A stretch of DNA of 57,972 bases, filler included, from Ionaspis alba (taxonomy: Eukaryota), in NCBI GenBank assembly GCA_964255285.1. It is 3 parts of 3 records of this genome, joined end to end, with 100 filler letters (N's around TTAATTAATTAA, not from the genome) between each part and the next. Parts side by side here need not be neighbours in the genome. Positions count along the whole stretch, not along the records: positions 1 to 19,266 come from CAXUUL010000269.1; 2 more parts are not named here. The stretch is one strand, 5' to 3'. The position numbers and the translations under genes were made by a program. Below the pieces are notes generated by a model. That model was not told where the DNA came from. It saw only the letters and a program-made list of their open reading frames with translations, and did not search any database. Positions 1-11,098 of this stretch are shown in pieces. Position 1 is the first letter of the stretch; each line of letters opens with the position of its first letter.

Positions 1-434
1 CGAGACGCAATGCCATCGGTGCAGGCGTGGCAACTAATACTCTCAGGGGTCCTACCACGGTCACCATCAAATACACGGGTTCCAGCGTTACCAAATTCGA
101 CATCAAGAGCTTGTATATTGCTTGCGCTTTCAATACGGAAGTAGGAACTACCAATCCCCAGGCTTGCACTCAGCAGTTTACGGGCACCACGGTGACAGGT
201 CAAACTGTCGTGGCGTTCGGCGCTTATCGACCTACAAGTCTGCTCAACGCACGAATGCAGAAAGTGATCCTTCCTTCATCCTTTGTTAATCTGCAAAAGC
301 TTGTGACCACTGTGGGCGGATCTAGCACTCTGCCGACTACCACTATTCTTGTTCAGGACGATCTTGAAGTGATGTTGTACAGCACAGCACCTGTTGTGAA
401 GCCTCGTGCTCCTGCTATTGATCAGACATCCTAG
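1..434 (+). CDS. Small putative secreted protein, paralogue 1 of tandem array (5' end outside window)
   Basis: Reading frame is open from the window edge. It aligns by eye with 1284-1993 and 3230-3947 (FD...QFTGTTVTGQTVV...MQKVILPSSFVNL...DDLEV motifs). Confidence 0.75.
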   Translation, partial: RRNAIGAGVATNTLRGPTTVTIKYTGSSVTKFDIKSLYIACAFNTEVGTTNPQACTQQFTGTTVTGQTVVAFGAYRPTSLLNARMQKVILPSSFVNLQKLVTTVGGSSTLPTTTILVQDDLEVMLYSTAPVVKPRAPAIDQTS

Positions 435-492
435 TCAAAAACAACTGCTCGAGTAAGTCTCTTTTCAAGCAGCAACGACTACCCTGAGCAAG

Positions 493-583
493 TCTGACGA
501 TCTCCCAGGCCGTCCGTTGGGCCTTGCCCAATGTTTTCAACCCGCTCCCGACACCCTGCGAAGGTTTTAACCAGTTCAACTTG
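493..583 (+). pseudogene. Truncated relic of exon 2 of the same secreted-protein family
   Basis: Translates as SDDLPGRPLG(+1 frameshift)LPNVFNPLPTPCEGFNQFNL versus FDDLTSRPLGLPALLNPPPTPYRFLAFPSFNV in paralogue 2. Similarity is lost afterwards. Confidence 0.6.
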
Positions 584-1283
584 TCGATTTATTGTTGCGT
601 GGCACAGATAAAAGATCGAGTCATTCGGTGTTGCTGGCTCGATGGACATTCACTTGCACTTTCACTTACAATGCGATTGTCTTACATCAGTATGTACGTA
701 ATGAAGCTCAAACGCCACTATCATTGATCGAGGCTTTTTTGAGTGCAATGTGCCTGAGGGAGGGTGTCGATTGTATTGAGATCGTGGACATCGATCGAGA
801 TCATATTGAATGAAACCCTTTGTTGCTCGGACTGCAGACACGAGGGCGATGGGATGGCTGCGTAGGATATGGTGCTAGCATCTCCTCTGGTTCGAGTGGA
901 TCGGCTTCATCAAAACTCGATCCTAATTGGCCAGGTTCGAAGTAGTGGCGGCAGTGCTTTATATTTGTTGCCCGAGGAAGATGGTGTGGAGAAAGATGCA
1001 TGTGGTTCCGGTAGGACAGAGCATCGAGCAGGGCTATCGTGTCGACACGACCGAGATCGGCTATGTTCTTGAGGGGAAAGCCCGCTGATGATATCACAAT
1101 TGTGTCGGGGAGACTCACCATAAGAACCCGCCATGTTCCACTACGAGAATGGAAAATGTAGAGGCAGAAAGACTCTCTAGCAACCTCGACATTTGAACAG
1201 CCCTGCCTATCAGTGCCAGATTGACCCTGAGCTCGTCAGTGATACACCAAGCTCCTTGACGACAAACCCACGACCTTCGAGCC

Positions 1284-1993
1284 ATGGCTAAGCTCCCACT
1301 CCTGGTCGTGTTCGCAGTGCTTTCGGCGGTGTCCCGAGTCATGGCAGTACCCGCAGCGCCTGTCGCGGACCTGGCCGTAAACCTACGCGAAATCATTGGA
1401 GTTTGTATCCTATCGACCGTTCATCTTCCGCAATCCTGACTGACGGGCGTACGTAGTTCGACGATCTAACCAGTCGCCCGCTAGGTCTGCCTGCCCTTCT
1501 CAATCCGCCACCGACGCCTTATCGTTTCCTCGCTTTTCCTAGCTTCAACGTCATCAATCTCACCCAAACCGTACAGCTCGGTCCACGCGCGCATTCACCC
1601 GACAATGCAATCGGCAGTGGAGTAGTTGCGTCCACCACTATGGGCCCAGCGATGATAACCGCTCAGTATGCGGGGTCGAGAATTGCCAGATTTGATCTGT
1701 TTTCTGTCTATATTCTCGGCGCAGTGAACACCGTCGGCGCGGCAGTAGAAACGCCGCAATCGATCACGCTTCAGTTCACCGGGAAGACAACTACTGGCAA
1801 AACAGTGGTCACAACGGGTTCGTATAATGCTGGAAACATTGTCCCCGCTCCACCCATGCAGAAGGTCCCTTTCCCATCGTCGTTTCGCAACCTGACCAGT
1901 GTGACCGTCGCGGTTCAGGCAGCAGCCTCAGTGCCGCAAGCGGCAGAATTCTTTCTTGATGACGTGGAGGTTCAGGTCTACAGCTTTGCGTGA
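1284..1993 (+). CDS. Small secreted protein, paralogue 2 (possibly DUF7371-like; family name not verified)
   Basis: ATG at 1284 with a signal-peptide-like MAKLPLLVVFAVLSAVSRVMAVP. Phase-0 intron 1401-1456 (GTTTGT..CTGAC..TAG). Exon 2 starts FDDL and is in frame with ORF 1640-1993. Confidence 0.8.
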
Positions 1994-3229
1994 GCAGAAC
2001 TTCAGAGAGAGGGTGGTATGGTGGCTTTCGTGGCGAGGGTTAGAGGATGCAGGGAGGCGGCCGGGCAATCGGAGTAGTCTGGTATTTGGGGAAAGGGCCT
2101 TCCAACTGCTCGTCGCTCGTTAGCTTGCTTGTTTGTATATCTCACACTCATTTGTCAGGAGGTGCTTCATTTCCAGGCTACGGAGCCGTAGTCATGTCAT
2201 CTATATTGCCAATGAGTAGACCTCTTTAATTGAATGTAGCCCATCGTGGAGGTCTGAATGCATGATGATGTAAGATCCTGCACTTGCGAAAGTGTGATCG
2301 TAAACCATTAAGGAGGGAATCGCCGTTGGCACCATATTCTTCTTTCTGGCGACGGCACAGAAGTTGTTTCCTGTTCCCGCACCAATCCGTGAAGGCATTC
2401 CGAGATGGTGGGTTCGCATACGGCCAACCTTTGTCGTGAGATTAAGGAGTTCTTGAGGAAGAGAATTTTCTTGCTTGATTCGGTTGTTGATAGATGCATC
2501 GATCGACACCCCACGCCTTAGCGTCATGCATGCTGTGCCTATTTTGACCACGAGTCCCCGAAGCCCGAAGCCGTGCTTTCCCTCCTAGCGTCATCTGCGC
2601 GCCATCCTGTTCTTACACCGTGGACGGATCTGAAAAGAGAATGTGGTACTCACCACGACATCCACGCGAGGTTCCAGATGATCCAGATCGTTCGGCGCTG
2701 ATAGCCAATCATGAGCCGTTGCAAGCTCTGATCGACATAATTCCTTCATCATCCATTCTCGTAATATATGATCGCCCTGCGCCGATAAAGGGGTTCGGGC
2801 GCGAGCATGACACCATAAAATCCTGGTCTTTCCTCATAGATGCAGTAGGTGGTGTGAGAGACTTGAGTTCTGACAGATTGAGTGAAGTCCGTGAATAGCA
2901 GGGTTCGAGCAGTCTGGAATCCTTCAGGCAAGGGACTCGGGCTGAATATGCAGTGAATGACGACCGGTGATTAGCATGGCGAGTATGCCAGCATTTCTTC
3001 GCCTTCTACAGCCGAGCAGACCATGGGGAAGCTGGCCTGCTGCCGCTCCTTTGAGAGTCGAAGGAAAGGGCAGGATTCGTGGCGTAACTCAACGTAGGAG
3101 ATTATAGAACAGAACTCTTCGACCAGCCCTGTTGCGCTTCATCAAGTCCTTCATCCTCCCAGCTTGCCAGCGCGAATAAAACTTTGCAATCAGCCTCATC
3201 GGGTGTTCTTAGTCAACAACCTCGTCAGG

Positions 3230-3947
3230 ATGGTAAGACTCTCCTTGTTCTTTGCTCTTGCAGCATGCCTGCTGCTCATTCGAGTTCGAGCGATACCCAC
3301 AACAGGAACCACTACCACCACCCATGTCATCTGCAATTTGAGTTGAGCCTCCCTCTCATGTCGAAATTCCCTCTGAGTCTTTCCAGTTTGATGACCTGAC
3401 GGCCAACCCTCCTGGTGTTCCAAATGTCGCCAATCTACCTCCTGTGCCATACAGCAAGATTGCCTTCCAGGCCTTCTCTGTAACGAACGTCAGCGGTCCT
3501 CTGTCCTTACCAGCTCACAGTCCCACCAACGTCATCACCTCTGGCATACGTTCCTCGGTGACCTCGGGGCAGGCAACCATAACTCGTGATTATGTCAATT
3601 CTCGAGTCACCAATTTCGACCTCTTGACGGCCTTCATCGCTTGCAAGGTCGCCACCTCTGGAACAGGAAATTTCGCGCAACCATGCACATTGCGTTTCAT
3701 TGCTACAGCAGTCACTGGAAGAACAGTGATCTTCATAGCGCCGGCATACCGACCCGGAAGCCTGTTCGCTCCAATGCAGAAGATTGTGTTTCCGACGACC
3801 TTCAGGCAGCTTGTTAAGTTCGTTGTAGTAATTCAAGATTCTTCCACTATGCCCGTCGCAACATCATTTGCATTAAATGATGTGGAATTCCAGATCTATA
3901 GCACCCAAACAGAAATATTAGATTTCGGAAGAGTAGGGCCATTGTGA
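3230..3947 (+). CDS. Small secreted protein, paralogue 3 (intron donor reads TTGAGT; may be damaged)
   Basis: Signal peptide MVRLSLFFALAACLLLIRVRA. Acceptor CAG at 3386, then FDDL in frame with ORF 3444-3947, homologous to paralogues 1 and 2. Confidence 0.7.
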
Positions 3948-4454
3948 AGATGACCCAGAGGTAAGACGACGTCTTGGGAAATTGGGATCGCGATTTTCGA
4001 GGAATCGAAGCTTGGTAAATTGGATTGTCCCTTACTTCAGAGCCTTGATTGCGCGTCTTTTCTGCGTGACAGACTGTCACCGGTGTTCCACTGTACATTC
4101 ACTAGAAGATCAGGTTCTTGAGATAGCACTTCAGAACTGCTATCCCATTCTCACCCAGCAAGTAACTTCTTATCCATATTTCAAACACCATATATTCTTT
4201 ACCAGCAAGTGGTTGTCCTAAGAACAACGAAACCGGGAGAGATCAAGAGGCGCAATGAAGTTCAATTTCACTTCCCAAAAACACACACATGAGAACATCG
4301 TTCGGCCGGAATTTTGGCACCCGAGTTCTAAACCCCTTATCCGCTCAAGTCCGTCTACTGAAGTATTTGATGGTATGAGTCTCTTTGTGGAGCTGATGGA
4401 ATGGAACATCCACAGCAATTAAACTTATAAGGCTTCGGCAGATTCTCCTAAGTC

Positions 4455-5478
4455 TCATTTTTCGAGACCCTTTGCCTTGACGAATCGAGCTATCTGATCT
4501 TTGCACGTTTTGTCGCTGTATTGCTCCCACACCTCGTAGAGGGAAATGATCTCTTGCGTGGCTTCGATAACTGCCCTGATATCAACCTCGCCCTCGGCAA
4601 GCCACTTGACAAGATGTTGCACTTTCCCTTGCGCTTTAGTCGACGGAATTTCATCAGAAGATATGCCATCCTTGGCGCCTTGGACCGCATTCGCTAGTGT
4701 TGTGGCGGTCGTTGCAGCAGCTTGGAGTCCTGATTGCGTGGGTTTGAGCACTAATGTCATAAAGATGGCTGTAACAGCAATTACGTGAGGAGCGAAGAGA
4801 AGCCCAAGATCTGTGAGAAAGCTATCGTTGATAATGGACCAAGCTAGAGCGACCTCATCTTGCGTCATGTCCAGCGTGCTTTGCAGTGCTAGGAGCGTAC
4901 GATATGGATGATGCACAATGAGTTGGCAGTTCATGGCCGATATAAGGAAGAATTCGCACTCCCCAATCTTTGAGATATCGGACACGATGAAGTCTAGAAT
5001 TATCTCTAGTCAATCACTTCGGTCTGTAAATGGAAAATCTTACCTGGCCACATATTCCGAGCCTCGCTAACAACCACCCGGATATGTTGAGGACATTCCT
5101 CCATTTTGCAGGCAAGATAGAATGCAGTTGCTATGACGAGATACGGATTGGTATTGCGAATCTCAACTTTGATATAGAAGCGTCGGATGTAGACCTGAGC
5201 CGTGGCGAGTGCCTGCTGCCTGACGCCGAGACGACGTCCCAATTTTGCCAATTCTGGCACGAGCTTCTCTCAGTATTTCGTAGACTGTCGGCAGAAGGTT
5301 CCAGTGCGGCGAACTTACGTTGGCTAAAGAATATGCTCAATAACCTTCGATCAGAGAGTCCATATTGCTGCACAAGTGTAGAATCACCCTTCTCAAGTGC
5401 TGCTCTAATATCTGAGAGGTTTTCTCGACTGAACAGCCAATGTTGACGCTGTGTCGAAGCCCAATAGTTCGCAGCCAT
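4455..5478 (-). CDS. SSN8: Cyclin C, Mediator CDK8-module subunit (Ssn8/Srb11)
   Basis: [32 protein letters not shown]...[13 protein letters not shown] and [10 protein letters not shown] across three ORFs joined by two introns. Confidence 0.95.
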
Positions 5479-5953
5479 GGCAGAGAAAGAACAAATTGTA
5501 TTGCAAACGGTTTTCTTCTCCTTTAACGGAAATCAGAATTGTGCTCCGTATTAGCGACAATGGCAAGTACTCTAGCCATGAGTGGACTAACTGACTGGAG
5601 TCACCGTAGACCCAATGAGACAGAATTCCTAAACATAATATGAATTCGCTCGGAGGAAAACAACTTCTCAGTCATCGGTAATGCTGGTGTTGTTGGGAGA
5701 AAGTACCAGGCGGGATAATGGATCATAAGGCTGATGAACGACATCCTTGTCCCCAGACCCAGAGCCTGGATCGACGACCGAAAGCAATTGCACTGGACGC
5801 TCAACCACAATCCTCTGGGTGCGCCAATCAGTCTTCCTGCCGAGTCACTGTATCTGGAAGCTGTTGCAACAAGCCAGCTAATTTGGTTGCGTGTCTCTCC
5901 GGAGAGTAGAGCGATGAAGGATCATAGATAACGCGGGGACGGCGCGCTTTCTG

Positions 5954-8093
5954 ATGGAAGGGGAGTCGTTAAGCACACTGGATGCTAGGATTGAGAAACT
6001 ATGGAGGACTCTGGATACTCGGAACGAGGGGGAGCTAGATCTCAAGGCTTTGAAGAAGGGTCTACAGAAGATGGATCACCGTGGGTCAAATGCTTCACGG
6101 GCCTGTATTGGAGGCTACAGATTGCTGATCGGGCCTGTAGCTCTCAAAAATGCCGATGAACTGCTCAAAGATGTTCTACAAGTCGTTGACACCAGTGGCG
6201 ATGAGCGAATACAATACTCCGGTAGCATGAATACTCCGAGCCATCTTGGCCAGTGCTAATATGGCGGCTCAGAATTCCGTACTTTCGTGGCGCAGACAGA
6301 GAAAGAGCTTTGGCAGCTATTCCAGAGCATAGACCGAGATCATAATGGTCAGCTCGATAAGGAAGAGTTACAGGCAGCATTCAAGAGAGCTGGTCTCAGG
6401 ATACCTAATTCAAAGCTCGACCAATTCTTTGAAGAAGTGGATACCAACCATGATGGAGTTATCAGCTTCGACGAATGGAGGTCTGTTATGAGTTGCTTTA
6501 CATACTATATATGATGTCTCTGACGGAGACAGAGACTTTCTTCTTTTCCTTCCCACTGAGGTCCCAAGTCTAAGAGCTGTGTTTTCATATTACTCGTCAG
6601 CAACGATTGTCAATCCCGAGGGTGATGTGCATATAGCAGATGAGACAATACAAGGCCTAGGTAGAATCCCCTTCCTTCAAAGCATGTTTGGTGCTATCAT
6701 TGCAATTGCGCGACCGCCTACCGGAGTCCAGCAACCCTATGGCGCCCGTCCCGCCGCACAACAAACATTTCCACCAATACTACACTCGACCCTCCCAATA
6801 ACAGCCCAGGACTCGAAACCAAGGTCTTTTCCCTGGGACCCAGGAGAATCATCAACGCTACAAGAAATGACGCTCCCAGACCCTAAAGATAGTTCTGGCA
6901 ACAAAAAGAAAGTCCTCTCGCTGACAGAGCTGTTGCCTGCTCCAGGATATTTCCTCGCGGGAGGGATCGCCGGTGTCGTTTCTCGCACAGCAACAGCGCC
7001 TCTGGATCGGCTGAAAGTTTACCTTATCGCACAGACAGGCACTGTCAAGAAAGAGACGGCTGAAGCAGTCAAGTCTGGTGCTCCTATCCAAGCAACTAAG
7101 GTTGTGACGCGACCGCTGATTGACGCGACCAAGACGCTATGGAGGATGGGAGGAATGCGAAGTCTGTTTGCTGGTAAATTTCAGCATCTACTGAGCTTGA
7201 AGACATTTACTGATTGTACAGGTAACGGCCTGAACGTCGTAAAAGTCATGCCAGAGTCGGCAATCAAGTTTGGGTCATACGAGGTAGAGATGTGACCGTC
7301 GTTTTTGGATATCTGTTAATTAGCACTCAGGGGTCTAAGCTAGTCCTGGCAAGACTTGAAGGACATAACGACAAACAGGCGCTTCATCCCTGGTCTCAAT
7401 TTCTCGCTGCAGGCATGGGCGGCATCATTTCTCAGTAAATTAGCCACAATCAATTCAGTACGTCTTGCTGACAGCAGCCAGATTCTGTATCTACCCTCTC
7501 GATACCCTTAAATTGTCAGTAATGATATCTTTTGACACTCACTTGTCTCAGTCAAAGCTGATATATCTTGTAGCCGAATGCAGTGCGAGACCATTCAAGG
7601 CGGACTTCGAGGTAACGCTCTCATAATTGATACCGCTCGTAAGATGTGGACCAAGTCAGGCGTACGCTCTTTTTACCGCGGCTTACCGATGGGACTTGTT
7701 GGAATGTTCCCCTACAGCGCAATCGACCTAACGACATTCGAGTATTTGAAGCGCTTTGTCGCCTCCCGCAACGCCAAGAGTCGCCGATGCCATGAGGAGG
7801 ATGCCGCGCCCGGAAACGTCATGACTGCAGGAATAGGAGCATTCAGTGGAGCATTGGGAGCGTCTGCCGTCTATCCGATCAATTTGCTGAGAACAAGACT
7901 ACAGAGTCAAGGGACTGCGATCCATCCACCCACCTATACCGGAATCTGGGATGTGACAGTGAAGACGATCAAGGGGGAAGGCGTCCGGGGTTTGTTCAAG
8001 GGCATCACGCCTAATTTGCTGAAGGTCGTTCCTGCGGTGAGCATTACTTACGTGATTTATGATAACTCGAAGAAAGTCCTCGGATTAAGATGA
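5954..8093 (+). CDS. SAL1: Ca2+-binding mitochondrial ATP-Mg/Pi carrier (SCaMC family)
   Basis: Four EF-hand-like loops ([36 protein letters not shown]) plus carrier signatures TAPLDRLKV and [12 protein letters not shown]; multiple introns. Confidence 0.93.
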
Positions 8094-8395
8094 AAGATGG
8101 GTGGCCGACGACTTCCGATACATTCCATATGTACGGAGTCTGAGATTGTCTTCCGGCAGTCTGGTGTGGCACATGTAAGATGACCACGATCACGTGGACG
8201 CCTTTGTTCATTTCAATACAGTGAGCAAGCATTTCAAGAAGTGTTTCACTATCAGCATAACTGATACTACCTGTACGCGATTTACCGCCGTGGCCTCTTT
8301 GTACATAGTAACGAAGATAGCATTCCGATAGAATGTCACGCACTCAATGATCAGGTGAAATTCTTTAGAGCTCTATCATTTTCAGCTCCAAAACT

Positions 8396-10204
8396 CTATT
8401 CATTGTATTTCTCCTTCAAATTCTCTGCTTTCACAGTATCCGCGCGGTCCCTGTCCTGAATCTCATCAACCCTGTTCAATACAGCGACCCCCTCTACATG
8501 CCCTGTCTGAGGGAAGAAGTCAAATCCCCTCAAACTTTCCACATTATAACGCCACCCTCCTTTGCCCTGCACCAAGACGCCAACGTCCCTCGCTTGCGTA
8601 TGCACGTTACAGCTCACATATACCACTCTCTTTGGCCCATAGCTCAGCAATTGCTTCAAGAAATGATCATCGCACCCCTTCCTCGGTGGATCGATAATGA
8701 CCGCTGTCTCCTCGGCAGGAAACTTGACCTCTTTGAACAGTGCCGAGGCGTCAGCTTCCATAAAGGTGGTGTTGGCGATGTTATTTCTTTTGGCATTCTC
8801 ACGAGCAGAGACGATGGAGGCGCCGGCAATGTCGATGCCCATCGAGGATATAAAGAGAGAGGAGAGAGTCACGGTGAAGAGCCCAGAACCACAGTAGGCG
8901 TCGATGAGATGCTTGATTGGCTTCTCAGAAGAATCGGACTTGGTAGGAAAGACATTGTCGCGAATGTAGGCGGTGAAGCGGGATAGTATGGAGTTATTGT
9001 TCTGGAAGAAAGCCCCCGCTTTATTGGTGAGGATGTAATCGTCGATGTATTCGACTGAGGTAGCGTTGGAGTCGGTGATGCATGTCTTGGTCTCGTAGTA
9101 CTCAGGGTGTGACGTCGTTGTCTCAGCTTCCGTAACGTGAACTGCGAGAAATGTGTGTTTGTGGAAGCCTGCCTCGTTCTTCTCATCAGCGTCGGCACCG
9201 ACGTACTCAGGATCACGCTCGCTTGTGCCTCTTGCTCTTGCCGTTTCGGGTTCCCTGGGTTTCCTAGCTGTAGATTCCCTCAATAGAATAGTCGCTCCCT
9301 TCTTGTACTTTGATAGCTCGGATACGACTCTACTTCTCTCCCTCTTCATCCCTAAATTGAGGACCTGGGTACCAATGGGACATTCTTCGATGTCAATGGT
9401 CCATCTTGTGTTTTTCTGCATGAAGCCTATTGGAGGGACTTCGGCGAATCCACGCCTTCCAGCGCCTGCTCGTCTGGCTACTCGTCCCATCATACCAGGA
9501 GGTCCGTCAAAGTGTGGTGTCAACTTGGTCCTGTAACTGTACTGTAGAGGCGATCCAATGGTATCTCCGATCACGGGGACAAGCTCCGGAAGGAGCATCG
9601 AGAAGTTCTTGTAGGCTCGTTCAATGATAGTCTTTTTGTGAGAAAGCTGATCCTCGTACGATAGCATCTGCAATTGACATCCTGAGCACTTGGCGAAATA
9701 TTTGCAGCCAATCCTGGTATCATCCCTTTGTGGAGAGGGTTTTATGACTTTAATCAAATCCGTGAGGGTATAGTTGTCTTCCGCAACATGATTTATAACC
9801 TTAGCCTGAACAACATCTCCAGGTGCAGTAAAAGGTACAACATAGACATGACTCGAGCTGGACGACAGGCCGAGACCATCTCCGGTCGAAGACAATTCAG
9901 ATATCTGTACCTCAATCTCGCTGAATCTCTCCGGGGGAGTATAGGTCGCGTCAGACGTTTCTTCGCTGCTCTCCCTTTTCAATGAAAGACTTGATAGTAA
10001 TCTTTGTACATCTACTCGCAGAACTTCCTCGTTAGTGCCTTTTATCAGGCCTCCGTTCACGGATGTTAATCTTTTCTGTCGCTTCGTGGAGAATTTGTTT
10101 TTCTTAGTTCCTGCCATTGTCTGCACATAGAGGCTTGATCTGAGCACAAGTCTGCACGCTCTCAGACTTCTTAATGTTAAAAATATGCTTGGGAAACGCC
10201 ACAT
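8396..10204 (-). CDS. TRM2: tRNA (uracil-54-C5)-methyltransferase
   Basis: TRAM region, CKYFAKCSGCQ Fe-S motif, AFFQNN, IDAYCGSGLF, DPPRKG, YVSCN, FDFFPQTGHVE. Confidence 0.93.
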   Translation of the reverse strand: MWRFPSIFLTLRSLRACRLVLRSSLYVQTMAGTKKNKFSTKRQKRLTSVNGGLIKGTNEEVLRVDVQRLLSSLSLKRESSEETSDATYTPPERFSEIEVQISELSSTGDGLGLSSSSSHVYVVPFTAPGDVVQAKVINHVAEDNYTLTDLIKVIKPSPQRDDTRIGCKYFAKCSGCQLQMLSYEDQLSHKKTIIERAYKNFSMLLPELVPVIGDTIGSPLQYSYRTKLTPHFDGPPGMMGRVARRAGAGRRGFAEVPPIGFMQKNTRWTIDIEECPIGTQVLNLGMKRERSRVVSELSKYKKGATILLRESTARKPREPETARARGTSERDPEYVGADADEKNEAGFHKHTFLAVHVTEAETTTSHPEYYETKTCITDSNATSVEYIDDYILTNKAGAFFQNNNSILSRFTAYIRDNVFPTKSDSSEKPIKHLIDAYCGSGLFTVTLSSLFISSMGIDIAGASIVSARENAKRNNIANTTFMEADASALFKEVKFPAEETAVIIDPPRKGCDDHFLKQLLSYGPKRVVYVSCNVHTQARDVGVLVQGKGGWRYNVESLRGFDFFPQTGHVEGVAVLNRVDEIQDRDRADTVKAENLKEKYNE

Positions 10205-10416
10205 AAGGACGGCATTGCAGATTCGGCAATAAGGGCGCTTCTACAGCATGCGGAATTTGGAGACCGCAAGCACATATTTGATAGGGCTGTCGGAGTTTCC
10301 CGGTGATTTTCGCCGTGATTTAACTCCTAGATATTCCCGAAATTCTTTTCCATGGGTTCCGAGTTCCAAGTCACTACTAGATATAGAAGCCCACTTGTAG
10401 TTTGACTGTTTCCAAG

Positions 10417-10895
10417 ATGAGCGTGAGTCCATTCCGATCTACGGCCAACGGTCGCAATATCTCTGCTGACCTTGATTCACGTAGTTCGCGCCCAAGAATC
10501 CGCGGCCCATGCTGCAAGATCTGTACGCCAGACCATCTACGCACTGTCTTTCCCTACTGATATCTCTTTCCACTTTAGAATCAACGAGGAAGTGATTGTC
10601 CGCCTAAAGTGGGGGCAAACAGAATACAAAGGCCGTCTGATCAGTGTGGACTCCTACATGAACATCCAATTATCGAATACGGAAGAATTCATTGATATGA
10701 AGAGCACTGGAAGCTTGGGTCAGGTCTTGATACGGTGAGCTCGATGAGGTGGTGGAATGTCTCTTGACAACAAAGAAGTCTACCTCTTAGAGTGACGGAG
10801 CTTAGCTGACATACTGGGTCATGGACAGGTGTAATAATGTTTTGTGGATATCAGGCGCGAAAGGAGCAGAACAGGACACAAAGATGGAAGGGTAA
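10417..10895 (+). CDS. SMX3: Small nuclear ribonucleoprotein F (SmF)
   Basis: Spliced product [54 protein letters not shown]...[15 protein letters not shown]; three introns. Confidence 0.93.
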
Positions 10896-11098
10896 GAGGA
10901 GGGACAAGGGAATGGCAGGGCCTCAGAGTGGTATCAGAGGCTTAGAATGGAGTAGCAGGCTCATCACAGCTACAGCTAAGCCACTGGAGCAGGAGTGGGT
11001 GTTGAAAAGGATCGGGAAAGCATGAAATACTACTGGCGCAGATTTCGAGAATTGAGATACCCAATCCATTGAACCAGATCTCTCCAACCTCGAGAAAA

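Noticed and set aside
2047..2931. Short ORFs between secreted paralogues 2 and 3 (and 801-1134)
   Set aside because: No recognisable similarity or consistent splice structure.
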